A DNA stretch of 56,504 nt, taken from Octopus bimaculoides (lineage: Eukaryota). The position numbers and the translations under genes are program-made. Below, piece by piece: positions 21,551 through 33,925 of this stretch; position 1 is the stretch's first letter; each line of letters begins with the position of its first letter. The stretch spans positions 106,644,358-106,700,861 of the forward strand of contig NC_068984.1 of the NCBI RefSeq assembly GCF_001194135.2. Direction: 5' to 3'. The notes beneath the pieces were generated by a model, which saw nothing but the letters and a program-made list of their open reading frames with translations, made no database searches and was not told the origin of the DNA.

Positions 21551-22965
21551 GTCTGTGTGTATAAATATTGATATATCTTCAACAGTAAAAAAATTTTGTG
21601 CAGTTTCAGGTTGAGATTTGAAGGTAAAATATATACATCATACTGATCTACTGGAACACTTAAGAATGAACTTATATTCAACTATTATGTTGCATGTTAA
21701 GATCTCGAAAGAACGATAAAATATCAAATGGAACATACCATTAAAAAGAGATAGGTTTGCGAAAGGAGCTAAATTGCTACTTCCCTTGTCACGTTCAAAT
21801 AGGATAGCTAGAACTGAAAAAAAAAGAGGATGATATCCAGCAACTTATTTCAAAGAGCCTAAAGTTTGACATAAAAGCACAAGTTCACTGTCAAATGAGA
21901 TTTGCATCGGTTATAACTAGTTGTTCAAAAGGAAGCTAAAATGTTTTCCTTTGAATTACTATTTTTGCGATAGTTTAAACAGCTCAAAGCGCAAAACAAT
22001 GGACTATAATAATACTTTTTAGAGTAGAAGACTGTAATTTCTGTGAACGAAACTACTGAAATATCAAAAACCTACACATGCACACAAACAAAAATGAGGA
22101 AGAATAACCTTTCCAGTGTAGGCAGAATATAAGGCGCTCTACCGCTGTCATCTCACCGTTTTTTTTCTTTTGTAATCAGAAATAACGGCAGTATAGTATG
22201 ATCAAATGTGGATTTGAAAGGGAAAATACTATATACCTAACAAAAGTAGGCTGGGATACATTCTACCAAATAAATGTACATAGAATGCAGTTACTACTGT
22301 CGCTACACTTATAACACAGGCTTAAGATTTTCGTAATGTCTCGTAAAATAGTAGTTATATGCTTCTTAATTAAGACGACTCCAAAAAGAGGAAAAATTAC
22401 GCCGACTTTTGTTGGATATAACTAAGAATATAATGTAACATAAACTAAACATGGAAAGGTACTTTGCCCGGCGCTCTACAAATCCTGTTATCGACCGCCC
22501 CACTTCATCCGGCATTCGACAGCTTCTACCATCTATACCGAATTTTGCTTGTTGCTCCACAAATTCTACCAGTCCCTTCCCATTTTGTAAATAATAATAT
22601 TGATTTCCTCATTTGGGTAATTACTACTTCCGAGATTCCCCTAGCTATGAAACATAAGTAGCCTGCATTATATATATTCCTTCCCCTGAATTTGTATATA
22701 TATATATATATATATATATNNNNNNNNNNNNNNNNNNNNNNNNNNNNNNNNNNNNNNNNNNNNNNNNNNNNNNNNNNNNNNNNNNNNNNNNNNNNNNNNN
22801 NNNNNNNNNNNNNNNNNNNNNNNNNNNNNNNNNNNNNNNNNNNNNNNNNNNNNNNNNNNNNNNNNNNNNNNNNNNNNNNNNNNNNNNNNNNNNNNNNNNN
22901 NNNNNNNNNNNNNNNNNNNNNNNNNNNNNNNNNNNNNNNNNNNNNNNNNNNNNNNNNNNNNNNNN

Positions 22966-23265
22966 ATATTATTCAATATAAAATAGTGTACATTTAAACA
23001 CAAGAGAAATTACCTATAACAGGCAATTCCTACACACTAGAAGACAGGCAAACGACCGAAAACCACAAAATTTAAGCAACTTCAAAGGGAATGAAAAAAT
23101 AAAAGCTTTTACCTTGTTTTCAAAGTTAGACCAATAGGTTTCGAATTTAGTTTTTCATTCCCTTTTAAATTGCTTAAATTTTGTGTTTTACGGTCGTTTG
23201 ACTGTCTTCTACCGTGAAGAATTTCTCTTGTGTTTAAATGTACACTATTTTATATTGAATAATAT
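22966..23265. repeat. Fold-back/MITE-like element with long inverted arms (left end hidden in gap)
   Basis: Perfect 46-bp inverted pair 22966-23011 / 23220-23265, plus an inner ~61-bp pair 23038-23098 / 23151-23211 with a few mismatches. Confidence 0.85.
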
Positions 23266-23419
23266 GTCGTCTATTGACTTTTCATACATGCTAGGCCACT
23301 GGGAGTGAAATTTGTAAAGATTTGCTACCCTATATATATATATATATATTCGAGTATCTGATATTAGTGTTTCAAAGTTCATATATTCAAGTATTTGATA
23401 TTAGCATTTTAAAGTTGTT

Positions 23420-24416
23420 CACGATTGAACAACTTTTCTAGATTTGCACTGGCACCATTCACTCGACTTGTGTTGTTTGCTGTCGTATCACAGCAAAGTG
23501 CCTGGATTTTGTCTGTTATACCCCACTGTTTGGTAAACAGCCATGGCTTGCTGTCCTCCAGAAGATGTTGGAATTTCAGGGACTCCCAACAATTGCTCCT
23601 TGCCTTACTATTATTATCAGTCTACCAAACTTTGCAACGCTTGTGATTGCTGGGAGCAGTTTTCCATCCCAGTGCAACACTAATTCTTGACAGTCGTTTA
23701 AATTAAATTTGTACCGCATTTCTAGGTGTCTCGTTTCTCTAAATTTTGTTCTAAGGCATTGACAATAAGTATACAAAGCATATAACATTATAAAAACGAG
23801 ATGTTATGAACATGGTATTACAGCTTTGTCAGGGCTACCAACAGAACACGGGAAGATCTATATCATAATGCGCCACTACAAAATGAGTGCTTACAAGTTA
23901 TTACAAATAAATTAATTAGTATTTACAAACGCGGACAAATATTAGTTCACTGTTTATCACGAACGTAACTGTCTTAATATTTTATTTCTCAACATTACCA
24001 TTAGATGTAGTAGAATTCTTTCAATGGATGAACGAAACGCACAACTTCACTCGCTCACGGCTGGCCACCGACTGGATGACGGCGAAAAATAAATGTTTCT
24101 CCTATACCTGCGATCTGTCCCCGGCTTTGCAAGTTGCCTTCGCCATTATATTTATTGTCACATATCCATCTATTACCAAGAATAATTCTTAACATATTTT
24201 TTAATTTAAAAGAAAATTATATAAGAGATAAACATTTTTTTTATCTGAAAAAATGACTTTCTGGGCGAAAACTTCAAAATTTCATGGTCGATGAGGGTCG
24301 CCTTGCAGTTGTTCCATTCAGTTAAAACTTTGCATAGATTGTGATTTTGTTAACTGGAAGAAGATAAGGGCGTGGGAGCTAAACTTTTAGAAAGCTGAAA
24401 AATAAGGGCCACTCTA
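23420..24416 (-). mobile_element. Decayed DNA transposon, hAT-like (probably hATm group)
   Basis: Minus strand reads LVLHWDGKLLP...RLIIIV...LLGVPEIPTSSGGQQAMAVYQT...GITDKIQALCCDTTANNTSRVNGA; putative terminus TAGAGTGGCCCT (revcomp of 24405-24416). The subfamily label is from memory. Confidence 0.7.
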
Positions 24417-24440
24417 ATGTCTGTGTGTGTGTATATATAC

Positions 24441-24498
<58 letters not shown>

Positions 24499-24500
<2 letters not shown>

Positions 24501-24795
24501 TATAGCCTCAGGACGTCAAAGCATTGTGAGTGGATTTCATACACGAAAACTGAAAGCAAACTGTCGCATATCTGTTTATATTCGCGTGCGCGTGTGTCTG
24601 TGTTTGTACCCCCACCATCACTTGACAACCGTTGTTGCTATGTTCATGTCCCTATAATTTAGCGGTTCGGCAAAAGAAACTGATAGAATAAGTACTAGGC
24701 TTACAAAGAATAAATCATGGGATCGATTTGTTCGACTAAAGGTGGTGCTCCAGTATCGCTGCAATCACATGACTGAAACAAGTAAAAAAATAAAA
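24499..24795 (+). mobile_element. 5'-truncated composite SINE family B
   Basis: CTATAGCCTCAGG...GTGAGTGGATTT...GAAAACTGAAAG, then GTGTTTGTACCCCCACCATCACTTGACAACCG...GATAGAATAAGTACTAGGCTTACAAAGAATAA...TGACTGAAACAAGTAAAA. Confidence 0.85.
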
Positions 24796-25535
24796 ACTTT
24801 GTCATTATGATCCTATGCAACACCGAGTATAACCGAAGGGGAAAAATTATACTTTAAGCAAGTTGGTTTCCTGAACGTTACTCGCGCGGTCTTCTGAGCC
24901 ATCAGACTGCAAATTGTTGTGTTGGAACCCGATTCAATAAATTTACTAAGTGCATTTTGAATCAGAATTGTTCCATATATTTTAAGAGCATTCCCCTCTA
25001 GTTCTAATTGAAGATTTGTAGAAGACCAGAACTGCTCAAAGCTGAAGTAATTCCATGTTCTAAGCATTTATTCGTCAAATTTATATATGTGGCTTCAACA
25101 TCAGAAATCTTTATAGTTTGCATAACCTTCCATTTACAATTGGCTAATGGAACTGATTGTGTGTGATGACTACATTAAGAATGTAGATTGACATAAAACT
25201 GCTGATTTATTTAACTTTCATGGTTATTATACATTGACAGCATGCGTTATACCAATTCAGAATTGTTTGTCTTATTGCCAAGAAACGCGTTGGCATATAG
25301 AACAAAGACCATGTGTTGACAACTAGAATATAGACTGAGTGATGTCCATCGTGAGTATGAAATGTGAAGCTTTTATTAACTTTATTAACAGGTAACCATA
25401 AAAGTAAAATTGCTTTAGTTGTTCCATGATCAGTGAAGTGAATTTACAAGATAGTAACCAAAGTAGAAACAGTCTTTGTTTAAGGCCTTTAGAAACGGCT
25501 TCATTTATTCATGTTTCCCATGTAATGATGACAGT

Positions 25536-25582
25536 GGAGGCGTGTGACATAGTGGTTAGTGTTTTGGGCTCGTGATCGTAAG

Positions 25583-25642
<60 letters not shown>
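25536..25642 (+). mobile_element. tRNA-like SINE head fragment running into (ATC)n
   Basis: GGAGGCGTGTGACATAGTGGTTAGTGTTTTGGGCTCGTGATCGTAAGATC, then about 19 ATC units; no B box remains. Confidence 0.6.
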
Positions 25643-25643
<1 letters not shown>

Positions 25644-27077
25644 AGCAGCTCTATCAGATGGGGATAGGGAGTAGATATTCTTGCTGATTCATGTGAAGAT
25701 ATGTCAACTTCAAATATTTGCACTAATGTCCTTGATGCTGATGATAGTAAAATAAAAATGAAAATGCTTCCTTGTTTCCCTCCGAACACGCCAAATTTAG
25801 ATATTTCTTCTTTCCATTTGTCCATTGCTGACAATACCCATACCCTGTGCAAATTTTGCATGAGATAGGAAGAGTCTATGGTTTACTGTGGTCTATAAGT
25901 TGTACTTTAAAGTGTCTAACATACACCATCTAGGTTTGCTATTTTCTTTCCGTATGTGCACTGCTCAAGAGAATAAAAATACATTTTGATAATCTCTGCG
26001 CTATTTTCCAGAGAAACCCATAGCATTTATCGAAAATGCAAACAAGACAAATATTTATATTAGATTCTCAATGTAGGCACATGGCGAGAAATATTTACAT
26101 GATATAGACTTAAAACACTAGTTTATAGACATTATATTCTTATATAAATTATTTTTCCGGCATATATCTGACGGCCGATGAGAGAAAATACTGAATATGT
26201 ATATACTACATTACACTTGGCTGACATGATACATAGGTAAACAACTAAACCACTTGGGACAAATATTAATGCTTTCATTTAGTGACAAATATCTTTGGAT
26301 AAGAAGATATTTCACTAAAATTTGTTATTCGTATTATTCTATTTTTTGTCCCCAACTTTTTCGTTATTTAATTCCATCAATTTTTAAATCCAAAACAATA
26401 AGTAAACAATGGCAGATAAACTCAAATAAAGTACAAATAACTATTCTAAATTCAATTTCTTCCTTGTGTGAAAGAAGATGTCAGCACAACATGAAACATA
26501 ATCCAAAATCAAAACAAACATGAAAGCAAAATGGCACAATGTTCAAATTTAAATATATTTTCGTCTTTTTGTTTATATTGAAAACAAAACTAAAATTTAT
26601 CACTGTGTTGGATAAAATAATTTTATCATATACGTTATAAACAGGAAATATCTCGTCCGTCAGTTGAATAGATTTGAACAGTTTCAAGTATTAAGACATA
26701 AAAATCAGAATGAGTAATAGGATAAAAATGTTAGTTGAATTCCTGTTTAAATACAGACATCGGAGATTTTATAAGCCAGAATATTAATGCAATAACTGCC
26801 TTAGTTTGAAATTCATGATTGGGGAAAATTACTAGAATTCACATGAAAATGAGATCTAATGGGAAGTCATCAAAATTTAAATAAAGTGCAACTAGGTTCA
26901 GAACACAGGTAGCTTAAGCTTGTTAAATGGTACTCTACATCTACAAAACGAGAGACGATGACACGAAAATTAAGGTGTATTTGGAATCTGTATCTTAAAA
27001 ATATTCAAGAATAAGTCCAACTTTCAAGACAGCAGAAAAACTTTCCGTAATTCTTAACCTGCGTCATTATTGATGTA

Positions 27078-28072
27078 CAGGGTCTTGCAGATAAACTGAG
27101 ACAATTCTTACGATGCGTAAAATAATGGTAGTACACAGATATAAGTGTAACATTTATTACAACAAAAACATTTATCACTCAATATGGTTGCCATTTTGGG
27201 TAATTACGAATTTTTTTGCTACTGCCCCAACATTTTTTCTGTTTTCTTTTTGGCGTGACGCCAGGCTCAATGAAGTATGGATCCATAACCCTTCCATTTC
27301 TCGCCACGGATCCAAAAACCTTCACAATGGAAAGGTTCTTAGTCTGAGACACAGTGACAGGGGGCATCAGAGAGGTTGTATGCAATCACTCGAGAATTTC
27401 TGCGATTCACCTCAGCGTCCACAGTAAACCTCTCCTCGTCCACAGTAAACTTCTTCTCGTCCACTGTAAACTTCTTCTCGTCCACAGTAAACTTCTTCTC
27501 GTCCACAAGCACGAGAGTTTCTCTTGCACCTTGATGCAGAAGCTTAGGGCATCTCTCGGCTCTGATTGCTTTGGCCTTGGCTGTTAGGAGGTAACGGCGT
27601 CCTCGAACATAGCTAGTCATGCCAAGATTCCTGTTCACTACTCTGGAAACTGTGGAAAGGGATACATTGCGTTTATTTGAAACAGTTGTCATGGATATGG
27701 ATGGATTGGCTTCAATCGAGCGCTTGAGGCCAGCGAGAAACTTTGGATTGTGCTTGGAATCAATTTGATTGTTGTGTTCTATTCTATCAATCTTTCTATC
27801 TTCTTTAAATTGTTTATACACACGATTGACTGTTCCTTAGGGAAGTTTAGTCAACAATTTTATTGGCAGTGTGCTCGGCGCGCGCCAAAATAACAATGGC
27901 GGAACGATTGTCTTGTTCCATGAATTTCTCTTGTCGAATCAGTTCGCTATTTATCTGAAAAATAAAAAAAAAAGAATTAGATTTTCAAGCAAGCAGGAGT
28001 TTGTCAAGAAGCGAAATGTTAAACTCACTAAGTCAACTGCTTAAAATTCGTCTCAATTTATCTGCAAGACCG
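27078..28072 (-). mobile_element. Internally deleted DD37D (maT-type)-like transposon with both TIRs
   Basis: TA-flanked ~29-bp TIRs CAGGGTCTTGCAGATAAACTGAGACAATT / revcomp CGGTCTTGCAGATAAATTGAGACGAATT. ORF with SIEANPSISM...VSLSTVSRVV...LGMTSYVR...DEKKFTVD and frameshifted VKVFGSVARNGRVMDPYFIEPG. The region with the last two catalytic residues is deleted, so the family is assigned from flanking motifs. Confidence 0.88.
27417..27506 (-). repeat. 21-bp tandem repeat x4.3 encoding (DEKKFTV)n
   Basis: Units start at 27417, 27438, 27459 and 27480 (consensus GTCCACAGTAAACTTCTTCTC). Confidence 0.95.
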
Positions 28073-28149
28073 TATATATTCTAAAACAGCATTCGGGATA
28101 CATAAGGCAAATAAGTCGGTAATTATGTCCATTTTTTTATATATGTATT

Positions 28150-30200
28150 TTTTGATTTAGAGTTTGTTTTCAGGATACTGTGAACTAATGTTCTGTGGAA
28201 TTGTATATGAGTTTAGAAATGATTTTGTATGGAAGCGATTATGTTGTCTGGAGTATGTTGCAGCCAAGAAGTTTACCCTTCTCATGAAGAAGTGGACTCG
28301 CGTTTTTAATCATCTTGTTTCATTGTAGAGGTAAACACTTAATGCTGTCTGCACAGAGTACCTGTGTTTCAAATAGCTTGTATTGTGTTGGTTATAATTT
28401 AGTCTGTATATGTTGTAAAGAAATTGAGTCCCAATTAGCATTAGTATTATCCATGGTGGATGTAATTTCATATCTGTATGTTATGTATATTATTTCTTTT
28501 TATTTGCCAAACGTAGTAATTCTTAATCTTCTATGAGTGATGTGACTGTCGCTGAGGTGTTGCATGTAACTTCTATTAATTTTATTTTCTATATTCATGG
28601 GTTGTATCTGGTATTCTAGATATTACTTCTAAGAAGCAAGGCAGTAGATTTGGTAAATGCTATTAAATTCTTGTTATATTTAATTATTTCTTGAGCCATT
28701 GGTGCAGGAGAGGAATATTAGTGCAACTGTGATTGTAGAATTGGTTCTGCGAATTAATCTACATATTAGGTGGTATGTATTTGTGAGGTACGTGTTGGAA
28801 AACTGCATAGGTTAGGTTAAAGTATGTAGATGAAAGAATAGAACTTCATTCGAGAAATTTGAAATTCTGGATATGTTACTTTTATATGCTATATATATGT
28901 TAGTTTTATAGGCTTGGAAAACTGAAAAGTAGTTCGGAAATCAGCGTTGTTTGTAATAGAATAGTGGAGAATATGGCATATAGTTGTGCTAATGTCGATG
29001 GTAACTGACATATTGTGAATAGATGTGCTATAAAACCGTCGTATATCAAATTCGTGATAGATATGTGAATAATTTCAATCTTTTTTCTGACTTCGAAATG
29101 TGGAAGATGCGGTTTTGATATAGCAATAAAGATTGCAAGAGTTTTCATTAGTGGGAGAAATTTTCGTATTGTGCCCTTTTACTTGGAATTTCGGTGTGTC
29201 TCAGAACTATATTGATTCTGTTCAGTTTTAAGATTCATATAGACGAGAGTGTCTGAGAGAAACAAGTGTGCAAGTGTGTAAATATGTGTATGTTTTTTGC
29301 TTTGTATTCTAGTATTTTTTCATGAAATTACTTTGCAAGAAATGTTCGATAATGACCTTTGCTTAGTGTAGGGGAGAACATATTTAAATGTGTTATTATG
29401 ACGTATCGTATATTGTAATTGTTGTCGTTATTGCTTTGATGTTTCTATTAGTTATATTTTGTGTTTCATTGCTTCTTTTTAAGATTTACATTGGACACTA
29501 ATATTTGCCATTTTTCTCTTTTTCTTTAGTTTATTTTTGTTGTTTTCTTATTGAATTTACTGTTTCATTATATTTCTGTTGTGTGTCGGGTATTGTGTCT
29601 GGTCATCAGCTGACTTGATAGCCTACTATGGATAGTTTTGCATTTTACTTTTGTCCTTAGCCATTTTTAGGTTCAATATTTCTCTTATATAATTAATATT
29701 TTTTCATATTGCCTTGTAGGATTTATTTTTATGGACCAATAATTATTTCGATAAATCTATGTGTTAATGATCATTATAGTGATTCTGTATCCTGCGAGCT
29801 TTGATTTCTTTTTATTGGTGAAATGGTTCTTGAATAAGTTTTGCAATTTGTAAAAGTGTCATTCCTTCTTCGTAGATTAAAATGTGAGCCTTTTGTGATG
29901 ATGATTAAGAAGTTAGAACAGCGTATTTTGCCATATTGTTCATGGATAGATATGTGAATTAAGAGATGGTATACGTAGAATAGTTGTTGTAGGTAGATTC
30001 ATGAGGTATGCATTATCTCGGGATAAAAACAGCGTCTATTTGGGATGTTATTATGTCTGCACGCACGTTATCTGTATTCTGTATTGTTGTGCTAGGAAGG
30101 ATTATCTGCTTTCATGAATTATTGCATCTAATCTTGACATTTTATAGAATATTTGTGTTGTATGTTGAGCGTATTACCTGGTAGAATGATTTAGGTATTC
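28150..30200 (-). mobile_element. Highly decayed LINE-like remnant (L1/Tx1-like APE region)
   Basis: Strong strand asymmetry (A/C-rich minus strand) and weak APE-like fragments in the expected order (IFIAISKPHL, DGFIAHL, LAQLYA, FNLTYAVFQHVPHKY). No long ORF. Confidence 0.35.
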
Positions 30201-30689
30201 AGTGGGGTTTTGTATTTAGGTATGAATGTAAATATGTAAATATGCTTGTTTTTATTTTCTGAAGTTTTCACTAATTGAGAAAGAGAAGAATATATACAAA
30301 TGTGTGTATATGCATGTGCACAAGCAGCAAATGCAGATTTTCATCAGTTCTACATAAATGTTTTTCTTTTCACTAATTGTTAACATTCGGTTGCCAGTTG
30401 ATTTCAAATTAGATGAGGCTTAGTTTGCTTTCTCTATCCCAAATCATTACGTCTGTCTGTTGTGTTTGCATTTTGGGGAAGACAAAGTCATTAAACAAGT
30501 ATCCCTTCTTATTATATGTGATTAAATTCCCAACTGCTTCATTGATGCCTCTTATATTTGTAGCCTAAAGATAATCCTTTCTCCAGATTTCATTATATAA
30601 TGTTCTAGCTGCAATACTATGTTTCAAACGGAGGTAACATCCTGAGCTGCTCAATGCTCTATGAACACTATAAAGGTTGTAAGATGTGA

Positions 30690-31325
30690 CATGGGCGGCT
30701 GCATCGGAGACTAGATTGCCGTGACTAGCAGGAAGGGACACGGGCGCTTTGAGGGTGATGGCTTGCAAACACGATTTTCTTTCTCAATTGGACATTAAGC
30801 TTCATTTAGACGGCAACGTGAGGCTGCTGGAGACTGTATTCAAACCCTGGGTAGAGGGGGTTGCTTGCTGGAAGGCCATATGTGTGTAGCAGCAGGATTC
30901 GTCTCCTTTCCATACCTCTGGAAAGAGCCAGAGGTAAATGTTTAGGAATTTCTACGACTTCACCAGCCCCGATTTCTGGAGTCTAAATTCCTCCAATAGT
31001 AATCCCATGGATTACAGGGTGTGGGGCGTGGTCGAAAAAGACACCAACCGCTTTGCTCGCAACACTAAGACTGGGCTAGTTGCCCAGAACAAGGAGGCTT
31101 TCGAAGATTTTCGCAGGACTCAGTGAGGAACGCATGCATCAGGTCCCGCATCCTTTTTGAAGGCGTGGTAGAAATTGAGAGCGGCTACTTCGATTAAACG
31201 GTTATCTCCCAACCATAATATACTTGATACTTTTTGATTGTTTTATATACTTTTATTTTTGGATGTGATATTGTAATTTTAACCTTTCATGTAACCTATC
31301 AACTTTAGTCTGCACATATGTATAT
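30690..31325 (+). mobile_element. Decayed DD37D (maT-type) transposon, 3' half
   Basis: LLETVFKPWVEGV...QQDSSPFHTSGKSQR*MFRNFYDFTSPDFWSLNSSNSNPMDYRVWGVVEKDTN, with 37 residues D to D; possible degenerate 3' TIR at ~31300-31320. Confidence 0.85.
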
Positions 31326-31375
31326 GTATATGTTTGTGTGTGTATACATACATACATTATATATATACATATATG

Positions 31376-31724
31376 TTGTTGTTGTTGGCACTGCGTCGCT
31401 TACGATGTCGAGGGTTCCAGTTGATCCAATCAACGGAACAGCCTGCTCGTGAAATTAACGTGCAAGTGGCTGAGCACTCCACAGACACGTGTAAAGTTAA
31501 CATAGTTTTCGGGGATATTCAGCTTGACACAGTGTGACAAGGCTGACCCTTTGAATTACAGGCACAACAGAAACAGGAAGTAAGAGCGAGAGAAATTTGT
31601 GGTGAATGAGTACAGCAGGGTTCGCCAGCATCCACTACCGGAGTCTCGTGGAGCTTTAGGTGTTTTCGCTCAATAAACACTCACAGCGCCAGGTCTGGGA
31701 ATCGAAACCGCGATCCTATGACCG
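31376..31724 (-). mobile_element. tRNA-derived SINE, family D (head cut by gap)
   Basis: Revcomp end CGGTCATAGGATCGCGGTTTCGATTCCCAGACC is B box-like; body AGCCTGCTCGTGAAATTAACGTGCAAGTGGCTGAGCACTCCACAGACACG; (TTG)n at the far end. Confidence 0.75.
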
Positions 31725-33029
31725 NNNNNNNNNNNNNNNNNNNNNNNNNNNNNNNNNNNNNNNNNNNNNNNNNNNNNNNNNNNNNNNNNNNNNNNNNNNN
31801 NNNNNNNNNNNNNNNNNNNNNNNNNNNNNNNNNNNNNNNNNNNNNNNNNNNNNNNNNNNNNNNNNNNNNNNNNNNNNNNNNNNNNNNNNNNNNNNNNNNN
31901 NNNNNNNNNNNNNNNNNNNNNNNNNNNNNNNNNNNNNNNNNNNNNNNNNNNNNNNNNNNNNNNNNNNNNNNNNNNNNNNNNNNNNNNNNNNNNNNNNNNN
32001 NNNNNNNNNNNNNNNNNNNNNNNNNNNNNNNNNNNNNNNNNNNNNNNNNNNNNNNNNNNNNNNNNNNNNNNNNNNNNNNNNNNNNNNNNNNNNNNNNNNN
32101 NNNNNNNNNNNNNNNNNNNNNNNNNNNNNNNNNNNNNNNNNNNNNNNNNNNNNNNNNNNNNNNNNNNNNNNNNNNNNNNNNNNNNNNNNNNNNNNNNNNN
32201 NNNNNNNNNNNNNNNNNNNNNNNNNNNNNNNNNNNNNNNNNNNNNNNNNNNNNNNNNNNNNNNNNNNNNNNNNNNNNNNNNNNNNNNNNNNNNNNNNNNN
32301 NNNNNNNNNNNNNNNNNNNNNNNNNNNNTGTATTAACCGAACTGAATGTTTATTATTGTGATAAAGAACCGAACCGAAACTTTTATGAAGTGTAATCTAC
32401 TTTGCTCCGGTACTTAAAATGATTATGGCTCGCTCCAAATGTGTCAACAGTCCATCATTCAAATGTTTATAATTAGAATCACTTAAATGCGAGACAGATA
32501 TTTGCAAATAGGTTGGTGTATGTCCAGATATTTAGTTAATATTTAGCAAGTCACAAATGTCATAGTGTGTTTTAGTGTATTACTTAACTATTGACTCTTA
32601 CCTGAATAACATCGTAAGTAGGAAAAACAATATGAAAATGCAAAGTTTGTGTGTATCGCGTGAGACATTTTTACTGTTTTTGTTTTGGTAATTGATTTTC
32701 ATGTTTTTAGTCTTGATATCGATTATTACTTCCGTGGTTTTATAGAATGAATTAATTGATGTCGCTACAAGAACTTTTCGTCAACTACTACATCAATCAC
32801 TATTGTTGCCACTACTGCTGTTGATGTTACCTCTACTGTTACAACTACTGATGCTAACACTACTAATTATACTAATACTTCTACTACTACTACTACTACT
32901 AATGATACTATCTTTTATTTGTTACATGAAAATGAAGTGAGGGAGATTTTTCTATGAAGAAAGGGAAAGAAGGAGATTAAATAAAGGTGTACATTGTGTA
33001 CAAAATAAGTGAAAATAAGGGAAGGACGG

Positions 33030-33580
33030 TAAACCCTTCTTGAATAGATAGAAACCAGGGACAATAAAAGAAATGCAGATCCAGGATCATTCTGGCCTCA
33101 AAAGGCGTAAGTGCGCGCCCAGATGTTGTCATTCAGTCTACAGATAGTTTCTTAGAGTAACACTATCCATTCTAATCCGGTCTGTCACAATCAACTACCC
33201 TAACAGAAATTCACTGGGGGAAGAACTACCCCCTCACCTTCATTTTGAACTCGAAACGGTATTTGTGCGCTTTACCCAAAGAGGAACGAGCCTGTCTTTT
33301 ATCCGTGAGCATCGTCCATTGCTCTACTTTTGCAATGATCATGAAACAAGGGACATTGCATGCCTTATCGAGTTGAAAGCGAGTGGTAGAGCGATCCTCG
33401 CAATAAATTCGGTCGTAGGCGGCTTCGTACTGTACATTGGTTCTCCTTCATTGGTTCTTAGGAGTGAGAGTTTGCTGTGTCTAGGAGATGTACCTAACCT
33501 CTCCTTTTTAAAGCTCTTACGTTGTTTTTTTTTTCCCTGGGTCTTTTTTAGTATCCTTTAAGAAGCCTACTTATCTCTAT
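33030..33580 (-). mobile_element. Possible LINE (Tx1/L1-like) ORF2 remnant
   Basis: GC-richer island with broken minus-strand reading; only weak resemblance to the inter-domain region of L1/Tx1 ORF2. Confidence 0.3.
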
Positions 33581-33752
33581 CGGTCCATTTTACTTTTTGT
33601 TGACTAGTTTAAAGAAACTATTTCACGTTCGAATTCAAATAAGTGTGTGTACGTTTTTCGAATTGGGAATTCTTCATGGACGTTGACGTACACACACATA
33701 GACACAATATGTGAGTAAACTGAAAAGAAAACTTTCATTTCTGTAAAACACT

Positions 33753-33754
<2 letters not shown>

Positions 33755-33828
<74 letters not shown>

Positions 33829-33852
33829 GGATGATGATGATGATGATGACGG

Positions 33853-33900
<48 letters not shown>

Positions 33901-33925
33901 CGATGATGATGATGATGATGATAAT
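33755..33925. repeat. (AAT)n followed by (GAT)n
   Basis: Direct. Confidence 0.95.

Noticed and set aside
22624-22661. CTACTT-CCGAGA...GAAACAT-AAGTAG, a hammerhead-like outline with 6-bp flanking stem
   Set aside because: The first box is one base short and mutated, and there is no convincing stem II; too degenerate to call.
21064-23420. Small two-copy tandem duplications (23 bp at ~21064-21105; ~37 bp at ~23343-23416)
   Set aside because: Ordinary slippage duplications with no further structure.
26370-26690. 68-aa minus ORF that stays open for ~39 codons past a TGA
   Set aside because: Composition is explained by AT-richness; no SECIS-like element or homology recognised.
27417-27506. Short regularly spaced repeats as a possible CRISPR array (also 48449-48508, 51740-51780)
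   Set aside because: Head-to-tail tandem units with no unique spacers, in eukaryotic TE context.
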